Part shown: positions 1 to 9,200 of the stretch, one piece after another
How the letters are laid out: each line of letters starts with the position of its first letter
Numbering within the stretch: the first letter of the stretch is position 1
Origin: a virus
Taxonomy: Duplodnaviria > Caudoviricetes
IMG/VR virus record: IMGVR_UViG_3300049489_000417
Location: 1 to 59,183 of that record
Length of the DNA: 59,183 nucleotides
Reading direction: 5' to 3' (one strand)
Program-made: the position numbers and the translations under genes
Notes under the pieces: model-generated
What the model was told of the DNA's origin: nothing
What the model saw: the letters and a program-made list of their open reading frames with translations, nothing else
The model's database searches: none

Positions 1-372
1 TCCGAGGCCTGTACGGTCTGCCCGAACAACCAGTTCGGATCCAAAGGAAATGGAAAAGCGTGCGCTAATAAGCGAGTACTGGCTGCGATCATCGTTAATG
101 CACCGGGCGGTTTCGACCCTGCTACTGCTCCAATCGTACGTATTGATGTCTCCTCGACCGCCATCAAGCACTGGGACAAGTATGTCAAAGACGTGGCTAA
201 TATGTACGGAGTACCGCCCCTGGGGGTCGTCACCGACGTCTTCCCTGACGACGGTGAGACGTACATGACCCTCCGCTTCGGCAACGCTACACCGAACCCG
301 CACATCGAGGCTTGCATGGCCCGCAAGGCTGAAGCTTCCTCGATGCTCGAAAACGATCCGCACGCCGCGTAA
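1..372 (+). CDS. partial phage replication-module protein (Cys-motif, possibly ssDNA-binding)
   Basis: Frame 1 open from window start to TAA at 370-372; CTVCPNNQFGSKGNGKAC motif typical of a conserved phage replication-region protein; not in ORF track because the start lies outside the window. Confidence 0.7.
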   Translation, partial: SEACTVCPNNQFGSKGNGKACANKRVLAAIIVNAPGGFDPATAPIVRIDVSSTAIKHWDKYVKDVANMYGVPPLGVVTDVFPDDGETYMTLRFGNATPNPHIEACMARKAEASSMLENDPHAA

Positions 373-375
373 AGT

Positions 376-585
376 ATGGATCGTGTCCGCCGTGCGTTAG
401 GCACGTACGTGACGTTGAATGAGATTATCAACGACATGTCTGCCAAAGAAGTGATGACCGCTCTCGATATGGAGGCGGCGTCGCTTCGCCGCACCGCGGT
501 CATCGACCGACTAATCAGCCGTGCAGTTCGACTCAACGAAATCGAGTACGCGCAAAAGCTCAAGGCTAAATACTATGGCGCGTAG
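376..585 (+). CDS. hypothetical phage protein
   Basis: 69-aa ORF tightly packed in + operon. Confidence 0.7.
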   Translation: MDRVRRALGTYVTLNEIINDMSAKEVMTALDMEAASLRRTAVIDRLISRAVRLNEIEYAQKLKAKYYGA

Positions 586-778
586 GCAGAGCGTGATAAT
601 GACGACGAACGAGCGCGAAGCACTACTTGACTCGCTAGACAAGCAGATCAAGGAGTACGAAAAAGCCATCGTCGCTGCAGAGGCTGCTCTGGCTATGAAG
701 CAACGTGTACTTGAGCGTTTAATTCATGACAGGAGACAGCTAGATGCTGAGACAAATGATCCGAAGGTGGCTAACTGA
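575..778 (+). CDS. small coiled-coil protein
   Basis: ATG 575 (MARRQS...) overlapping previous stop; heptad-like helix. Confidence 0.65.
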   Translation: MARRQSVIMTTNEREALLDSLDKQIKEYEKAIVAAEAALAMKQRVLERLIHDRRQLDAETNDPKVAN

Positions 779-989
779 AGACGATAACCGCCCGCAGATA
801 CAGGTAGCGGAGCAACCCTACTCTACGTATGGTGCGCGAGCGGCAATCACTGGAATCACCAACGGATACTTAGTATCCGTTGGTGATTCCACTACATATA
901 TCGCCACGCTAGACGATATAAACGAGGTTCTCCCAGGTTTGATCGCCAGAGAAAGGATGCAGCGCAATGGCAAAACAGAACGGTATTGA
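744..989 (+). CDS. hypothetical phage protein
   Basis: 81-aa ORF, AGGAG upstream. Confidence 0.6.
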   Translation: MLRQMIRRWLTEDDNRPQIQVAEQPYSTYGARAAITGITNGYLVSVGDSTTYIATLDDINEVLPGLIARERMQRNGKTERY

Positions 990-1245
990 CGTAACACTTG
1001 ACGAGCGGGGATCACGTTATGGCGCTTTTACGAATCATGCTGCTATCACTCAGAATATCAAACGCGCCATGGCACACTCCGCTAACTGGGCTACGCTCGC
1101 CGACGATCAACGCGAAGCTTTGGAAATGGTTGCCCACAAGATCGGGCGCATTCTCAATGGTGATCCTGACTACGTCGACAGCTGGACGGACATCTGTGGT
1201 TACACAAGGCTTGTCGAACTCCGTCTTTTGGGGGAAGAAAAGTGA
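967..1245 (+). CDS. DUF6378-like phage protein
   Basis: TLDERGSRYG ... KIGRI ... DSWTDICGY motifs. Confidence 0.8.
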   Translation: MAKQNGIDVTLDERGSRYGAFTNHAAITQNIKRAMAHSANWATLADDQREALEMVAHKIGRILNGDPDYVDSWTDICGYTRLVELRLLGEEK

Positions 1246-1778
1246 CGCCACGTGAATTTAGTGTACTCCACCACTACATAGCTGACGGCCAAAAAGTAAA
1301 GATAGACACAACTAACTTCACCGGTCGCCAGCAATCAGGTATTCGTAACGGTTTAACACAAGGCTACTGGCTTTCTGCCGGCAAGATCGCATGGCTTACA
1401 GACGCTATAGCTTCGGAATACAGCGTACCGTTCGTGTACTACCGTAAAGGCCATTACTGGTCTGGCATGTACTACAACGGAGAGTTCGCCGAGCTTCCCG
1501 GGGCCACAGACGCGCTTCACGCGCTGCACATGTTCGACAGAATGGCTAATCCTGGATACTACGACCTCAACAACAGAAACAATACATACCACACCAACCG
1601 GATAGCCGAGGTACTTGAGCATCCGAAAGACTACAACCACATCCCATTTAGTCCGTATATAAGCAAGCAGCTCGGCGCGCAAATCGGTCGTGTAGTCAAA
1701 GAAGCTAAGCCTGAAAACACGCTTCAATTCCGGGACGCTTGGGATAACAACAACATCTGGATCTCGGTGACCAAATGA
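1242..1778 (+). CDS. hypothetical phage protein
   Basis: 178-aa ORF with GTGA/ATGA coupling on both sides. Confidence 0.7.
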   Translation: MTPREFSVLHHYIADGQKVKIDTTNFTGRQQSGIRNGLTQGYWLSAGKIAWLTDAIASEYSVPFVYYRKGHYWSGMYYNGEFAELPGATDALHALHMFDRMANPGYYDLNNRNNTYHTNRIAEVLEHPKDYNHIPFSPYISKQLGAQIGRVVKEAKPENTLQFRDAWDNNNIWISVTK

Positions 1779-2305
1779 TAATGATCGACATAGAAACGCT
1801 AGGTACGCGCCCTGGCTGTGTAATCCTTAGCATAGGAGCGACAGATGGCAATACGGAGTTTTACGTCGATGTTAACCCGCAATCTTGCCTGGAATCTGGC
1901 TTATCGGTTTCCTGGTCGACTATTAGTTGGTGGCTACAGCAGTCCGCCGAGGCCAGGGAAGCCATCACCAACAAGAGTGATCGCGTGGAACTGCGGAACG
2001 CACTACAGGCGCTGAGCGGGGCATTCAGCTGGGAAGGGCAGGAGGTCTGGTGCAATGGTCTTAATTTCGACATTCCCATACTCGAACATGCGTATGCAGT
2101 CGTCGGTATGGCCCCCCCATGGGCGTATAACAAGTGCCGGGATTACAGAACAGTCATTAAGCAGCTCCCGCATGCGGTTCAGGAAAAGCTACGGGTGGAA
2201 CCCAGGTTGGCGCACCATGCTCTGGAAGACGCTAAAGCTCAATTCCTATCGCTAAAGGGGGTGCTCGATGAGTACGCGCAAGCCAGAAACCACATACAGG
2301 ACTAG
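1775..2305 (+). CDS. DEDDh 3'-5' exo(ribo)nuclease (RNase AS/exonuclease VIII-like)
   Basis: MIDIETLG, WCNGLNFD, RDYRT, HHALEDA motifs. Confidence 0.9.
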   Translation: MIMIDIETLGTRPGCVILSIGATDGNTEFYVDVNPQSCLESGLSVSWSTISWWLQQSAEAREAITNKSDRVELRNALQALSGAFSWEGQEVWCNGLNFDIPILEHAYAVVGMAPPWAYNKCRDYRTVIKQLPHAVQEKLRVEPRLAHHALEDAKAQFLSLKGVLDEYAQARNHIQD

Positions 2306-2678
2306 CATCGAAAAGAAGCTGCCTAAGTCCATCCACCACGAGAAGATGTGCAACCCGTTTAGCTCGGGCACTGCCGATTCTTGGTATTCTGCGAACCCCC
2401 GCGATCTGTGGGTGGAATACAAGTACGTAAAGAAATTGCCCGTAAGGGCGAACGTAAAGATCGATCTTTCTGCGCAGCAGCAGGATTGGTTGAAGGGCCG
2501 TCATGCGGAAGGTAGGGCCGTCGCAGTAATCGTCGGCTCACCCGAGGGCGGATTTGTGCTCGAAGGTGCTGAGTGGGAGCGGTACATAAACACCGGCATC
2601 CCAGTCAGTCTATTCCGACTGTCAGCTAGAGACAAAGCTGGTATAGCGGAGTGGATCTGTGCTCAGGTTCTTGTTTAG
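2268..2678 (+). CDS. PD-(D/E)xK nuclease, VRR-NUC/Holliday junction resolvase-like
   Basis: E...GTADSW...WVEYK...LSAQQQDWL pattern. Confidence 0.75.
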   Translation: MSTRKPETTYRTSIEKKLPKSIHHEKMCNPFSSGTADSWYSANPRDLWVEYKYVKKLPVRANVKIDLSAQQQDWLKGRHAEGRAVAVIVGSPEGGFVLEGAEWERYINTGIPVSLFRLSARDKAGIAEWICAQVLV

Positions 2679-2758
2679 TGCAGTAAAAACAAGCAACGCT
2701 CTAGTAGCGTTAGCATTCTCAGCAGTGACGTTGTATTCAATTTACCGAGGAGTAAAAG

Positions 2759-2992
2759 ATGTTCAAGATCGAAAAGGGAGTAGCGATTCCTGAAAACCTT
2801 CCGGAGACAAAGGCTCGTACTCCGTACCCGTTCGCCATGATGGAAGTCGGGGACAGCATCTCCGTTTCTGGTGACGCGAAGGCCCAGGATAAGGCCATCT
2901 CTGCCTGTCGCCGCTACATGAAGGCGCACGAAGGTACGAAGTTCGTCTTCGGTTCTACCGGCGACTCCGTGCGCATCTGGCGAAAGGCCTAA
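2759..2992 (+). CDS. small conserved phage protein, probably DNA-binding
   Basis: FKIEKGVAIP...YPFAMMEVGDS...VRIWR family motif; GAGGAG RBS. Confidence 0.8.
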   Translation: MFKIEKGVAIPENLPETKARTPYPFAMMEVGDSISVSGDAKAQDKAISACRRYMKAHEGTKFVFGSTGDSVRIWRKA

Positions 2993-3001
2993 TTTGCTCG
3001 T

Positions 3002-3166
3002 GAGCCTCTCGGACATAATGCGTAACCTGTCGACCGGAGGGCGCTACGTCAGAATCTGGAAGGCATGTCGGTGAGGGCCGAGAGGGCTCCCTAGGGAGTA
3101 GACTTTCCCAAGCCGCGTCCAACATACCTAGCGCCGGGCTAGGAACGTAGCAACCCGGCACCCTCA
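3002..3166 (+). ncRNA. candidate pseudoknotted structured RNA at the convergence of the two operons (strand assumed)
   Basis: Pairings 3002-3012/3078-3089, 3043-3049/3145-3151, 3127-3132/3138-3143, loop 3133-3137 with 3155-3159. Confidence 0.45.
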
Positions 3167-3204
3167 ACTCTTCTCTCTAGAAGTTTTACGGCACGGATAG
3201 CTGA

Positions 3205-6200
3205 TTACGCAGCTTTCAACTTAGCGATGCTGTCTGTGGCCAAGTTCAAAGCCGGGCTGAGAGCGAATGCCGGATCGTTAACCGCGCCGAGGCCCCACTC
3301 AGACGTACCGAGCAAACTAGCCTTTTTGATGGAGTACACCATCGCTTCGCCGGTAGTCATCTTGTCGATGTAGTCAGACCCAGTCAGCGTGTGCTTGAGC
3401 ACACCAGAGCCGTAGGCGAACGGTGTAGATGCAAGCAAGATCATCAATGGCGTAGCGTTGCTGTGCTCCATGTACTCGGTAAACGCGCGGCTGAGGATGA
3501 CGTCTTGGAACGCCATAGTGAACCGCTTCATATGGGCGAACAACATCCAGTGCGGGTCGTGCATCCACGGCGCGGTGTTCACTTCGTTGGGTCGTACAGC
3601 AGCGGAGTCCGCAAACGCAGCGACCGCGTTCATTATCTTCTTGCTGCCCCAGTCAATCTTGCCATCGACATCATCCTTGGTTAGCCCTAGTTCCTCGAGA
3701 TAGCGGGTGGATTCGTCTCCAGTTTTCCATGTGGCGTCTTTTGCATGACGCTCAACGAAGCCGCGCCCGGCTACAGAAGCGGCCACACGCATTTGGCGAG
3801 ACCAGCCGTCTAGCATGTTCCACTTGAAGAATACTTTCGAAGCTTTGCGCGCAAGGCCGGATGCGTTCTCACCGATGAACAGGTCGCCCATCGATTCCAT
3901 GTTGACCGTATGCTCGAGAATACCAGCATGTACGGCGTACAGCTCGTCTTCACTCAGCTGAACCGGCCCGCCGAGGCTACCTATAGTCTTTGGGAATGCG
4001 CTCATACCGGCGATGTACGCAGGGATGATGTCACCGAAGTTACCAGAGCGGGCAGCGATAGCGAACGGCTCAACCAGCGACGCGAACAGAGCAAGCGGCA
4101 GAGTCGCGAGGTTGGTAGCAACGGAGATGTTAGCCATCAGCTTGCGGACCTTCGGATCCATGTCACTACCAATACGCCCGTGCTGAGCGTCGAAGAATGT
4201 CTTAGCTGCGGCACCGACACGCGCGTTACCCTGCTTCTTAATTGCGGCGACCAAAGCTTCGGCCTTCTCAACCACCTCTTTCGGCATAACACGATGCTGA
4301 ACGGCGCGGTCTATGAGCGCGCCGAAATACAGGTCAGGATCGTACTGACGCCACTTCTGCTCCAAAGCTGGCTTTGTGAACATCTTGCTGGACTTCAAAC
4401 CAGGCATAACCGCCTTGTTGTCGACGATCTGATCCAGCGTGAGGTTCGCGTCCCGTCTACCGAACTCTAGGACGTCCGCGTTCCACGCAGCCGAATCCTT
4501 GTTGATAGCGGCGTAGTCGTACACAGGTGGGAGATCGTCCCAATCGCCGTGAAAATCCTTGATAGTGGTCATGACTTTACGCAGCTCTTTAGTTGCGTCG
4601 TCGTTGGCGGGCTGCCCGTCAAGGAGTCCTTTTAGCGCCGCGGTAACCGCATCGGTGCCGAACTTCTCTTTGTACAGGTCGTAGTCCGCACGCAAGCGGC
4701 GGTTCTCACGGATGCGCACATACGTAAGGCCGGTTGTCTTGTCCGCGTACATCTTAACGAGCTGGCGCAGCTCGGGGACGTTGTACTTGTCCGCTAGCGC
4801 AAGCGCGCTGACTTCGGCGCTTCGGAACACCTGACGAAGAGCTTCCGCAACTGGGGCCAAAGCTTTGGTGGCTCGCTCCACGATGCTGTCGAGCTGGCGA
4901 TAACCGAACTGCTTATCGACGGAGTCCATAGACCAGCCGGTCTTAGCCATGTCGCCTGAGATAAACGACTTGGCAAAGTTCTCAAACCGCATGTTCTCGG
5001 AAGTAAGTCGAAACGCCCACCGCAGGAACTTAAGCACCTTGTTCACAACGCCAGCGCTGTTATCACCGAGTGTAATCTTGCCTTGCGCAGCCAGTTCAAT
5101 AGCGTAAGCGATGCGCTCATCTACGTCGCGGCGCATAGCCGCGGATATCTTCTCGGCGTTGGGATGCCCCTCGAAGTGCTTGGCGATTTGCGACTGCAGC
5201 CAGACAGTAGACGACGCGCGGTCAAGTGTGCCGATAATGCGTTTGGCAGTGGCGTTGCCTGCGTCAGCGCGGTTACGGATCCCCGTGACCATGCGGTGCG
5301 CGGCCTCGTGCGTGAGCACGCCGTCGAGCGACGCAGCAGCGGTGGAGAACTGGATCACCTGGGTGTCTGTAACGATTTCGCCAGCTTTAGTAGGGTCACT
5401 GGTTATCTCAACACCGCGGTTCCACTCACCAAGCAGCTTATCAACGAAGGTGCTAGCGTACTTCAGCGCGTCGTCGGTAGTCTTGATCTCGTTCACCTCG
5501 GCTTCAGTGGCCTCACCGGTGTTCAGGCTCTGTTTACGCTTAGCGGTAACTACGCTTCGATTTTTCTGGGCCAGCTGAGCTAGCGACGGCTTACCTTCGC
5601 CGATCTGACCAGCTCGGTGCACGCCAACACGCGGGTTGTGCTGCTCGGGGTCGCCGACAATGCGTTTTAGCTCAGCCTTGAGCGCCGCTGCTACGGTAGT
5701 CTTGTCCGACCCCGCCTTGATCTTTTCCGCAGCGCGCAACCTTGCCGCTGTAACTTCAGCGTGTACGGGGGTAGCCTGGAGGGCGTCTATTTGTGCCTCT
5801 ATCTCCCTGACTCGTTCGCCGTTAGCGTTAACCAACCGCTTCTTGAGTCCGGCTATAGCTGACTCACGCAGCTCCGGTGTCATAAGCATCGCGTCGCTCT
5901 GCTTAACTTCCGAAGTACCAATAGGCGCTGCCGGGGCCTTCTTAGGGTCGTGCGTAATGCCCTGATTCTGTCGGATAGCAGCCTGGCGTTTAGCGTCAGC
6001 AACTTCGGAGTCGAGAAGCTTCTGAACACCAGAGTCCTTAGGAGTCGGTGCAACTTCAGCTTTCGCCATCGCAGACAGAGCAGCGTACGCATCACGTTGT
6101 GCCTGTTCGTACAACTCAGAAGTACCCGTCTCGCGCGTGAGTGGCGCTACGTCCTTGAGGGGGACCGGCTTGGTTTCTAGGGCCCCCGGCGACCGATCTC

Positions 6201-9200
6201 TAGCATACGTCTTTTTGCCAACCAGCTTGGCCATCATCTCTGCAGACTTCTCAGCCGCGTACGCGTCGCGCACGGCCAGGAGCTGCTGCCCGTACGGTAG
6301 CATAAGGATGGAGCCGTGCAGGAACGATACATCGTTAGCCAGGTCATGGATGATGCCGCGCATTTCCTGGTTAAGTTTCTCCGCCCCCAGCTGCACGAGC
6401 GCACGTACGGCTATACGCTGTTCAGGCTCAAGCTTGGCGATGTCCTGCATGACTTGAGGACGCTGGTCCTTGAACACAGTAACAAGCGACTTGGGTAAGG
6501 CAGCGCCAACTTTTTCAGCCTTGGCCACCATAGCCGCCATGGCCTGCCGCACGAGTTTGAGGTCACCGACTGTGTTACGTAGCGGATCCATGAGCATACG
6601 GCGCAGCTCAAACGGACGATCCGCCAGATCGTAAGCACCGTGGCTTATGTCTGTGGTGTCGGGGTCACCGAACGCGCTCAAGAACTCAAGCCCATCCGCA
6701 GACACCTTAGCGTTACGCGGGCGAGACCCCGTGCGGGCGACTGTCTTGGGTCTACTGTTGCGAGCGGTCTCGTTCTCCTCGAACCATGCGGCCGTGTCAA
6801 AGATGTTGTTGACGTTGTAGCCGTATTCTTTGGCAGAGATGTCGCCTTCAGGCGTGGCGGGCTCACTGTCGAGCCCGCGGTAGTACTCTGCCATGTACTC
6901 ATACAGCATCGCGTGCGCCAACAAGTCGCTTTCTTCGAGGCCAGAAGGATCAGCAAGCATCTCAGCAGACAGCTCGTCGATTGCGTTCTTGGCGTCGTCG
7001 TCGAAATTACTAGTGCCGACAACGTACTTGTTCTTGAGCCCAGCGAGCTTCTTATCAGCCTCTTTCTCGGCGTCGACCCCGCGCTTGGCGATACGCGAGA
7101 ACTTATCCTCGGGATTCGCCGCAGCGGCAGCTGGATCAGCGAGAGTCTTGAGAGGTTTAATAACCTTGTCTAGAGCACGTATTTCTTCGCTGATGCGCTG
7201 CGAGCGCTCGTAGTCCGGCTTATCCCCAGCCTCAGCCGCATCCCTCTGCTTAACAAGCTCATCTCGTTTTGCCTGCGCTGCGTCGAGTTCCTTACGCGGG
7301 CTCTTCACTGGCTTGCGGCGCTCGAGCGCACGGCGGAACTGCGCGGCCATGCTAGAGGCGTACGCTTCCATACCAGTGTTGAAATCGCGGTTGAGTCGAT
7401 TGCCGGACTGGATCACCTTGGAAAGCTCAACGATGCTGTCTTCAACACCTTTGGCATCGCCGCCGAGAGCTATACGCAACGCGCGTGTGGTCCAGCCGTG
7501 CATGTCCCCCATCTCACCGACGTTTTCACGGTAGCCGCTGATAACCTCGTCAACCGGCGGGCGCTTATCCTTGGCGACCATCTGGTAACCGCGGTACACG
7601 GCTTGGGCAATCGTTACTTTGTTTGCGTTACCGCCAAAGACACCGCGTACGGCGTTAGATACCTGCTGCACAAAGTGCGCTGGGTTCTCCCACGTCAACT
7701 CGCTGATGATGTCGAGCGCCTCAGGCGTGCGCTTCACCTCGTCGACCAGGTCATTAAGACGATACCCGTTACTGTTAAGGAACAGGAACTTGGACGAAGC
7801 TCCGCTACCAGCTACGTCGAACAGGCTGCGAACAGTACCTAGTGCTCCGCCATTTATCTCGACAAGGTCGGCTACAGCGATGTTCCGATTGGTAAGGTCA
7901 TCGCCGTCTACTTCTGGAAGATGGTCTTTGCCAATACCAAGCAGCTCTGTGAGGATAGCCACCTTCTGCGAGTGCGAAGCGGTAGCTATATCCTTCCCGT
8001 GCATAAGGCGGCTTACTATCGCAGGTATGAATTGGCCGAGCGACGGGTAGCGCTCCTGCATAACGAGCAGATCTGCTTCGTTCATGCCGGTCACGACTTC
8101 GCCTTTAGCTCCTTGGTTGCCGTAGACGGGTACGCGGGTCCACTTGGCAGCTTCAGCAAGGTCACCAGAATCGTTGCCATTGAGTGCCTTCGTAATGACC
8201 GAATTAGCTACAACCACACGGACAAACGACGGGTGCTTGCGGAGGAACTTGATTACGTCCTTACCTTGGTCCCAGTCGGCGAACCCAGCGTCGTCTTCCA
8301 GCGCGGCCAGCAAGGACCAGTCACCTACGAACGAGCTGAACTTGGCCGCGTCGAACCGAGGGGTCTTCATGGCTTCGTTAATTGACCGTACGGCTTCCGC
8401 GGGCAAACCGCTAGTAGCTGCGCTGATAGCCTGCTCACCAGCTTTCTGCGCGATAGTAAGCAGCTTGGTGAACATGGACTTGCGGCGGTCGTACGCTTTG
8501 GTACTCGGCGGAATCACACGGTTCACGAGCTGGTATCCAGACACAGTAGCCAGCGAAGCAAGGTCGTTATATCGTGCCTGCGCGGCCTTACTACCGGCTT
8601 TGCCGACCGTAGCGGAAGTGGTAGTAACCGCGCGAGCGATCTGCGGCAGCTTAGCACCGATGAGCGCAGACGGCACGGTGTTACGCAGATCGAAGTCGAC
8701 GCCACCATCACTGACAATATCGGCAGCTTCTGAGGAAGTATTTCCAGCCTCGGTATCTACGCGCTCGTCGTCGTCCAGGTCGTAGCCAAGATGTTGCCCG
8801 GCGGCGTTCTCGCTGACCACCTCACCTAGCGGAGTACTCTTCTTGGAGCGGTCCTCTGTAGTGCGTTTGGCATGGTGGACGCGAAGCGCGTCCAGTACGC
8901 GGTTCTGGATCTCCGGATCGAGCTTGGAGATGAGCTGGCGAACACGAGCCTCGCTTTGAGGGTCGAGCACGCTGCGTTGATTTGGCATACGCACGTATGC
9001 CGATTCTTGGTCTGCGGCTGCGGCAGTAGCGGTTGGATCGGCGTATGTGTTATACAGATTGTCGACGTAGTCGTTAATTGCCATCTGCCGGGAATTAGCA
9101 GAGTTCTCTACCTGCGCAACAAGCGACGCGCTCATCCACTTGGGCATGGACTTGTTGAACGCTTGATGCGTGGCTACTTCGATAGCCGTCTGTAGTTGCT

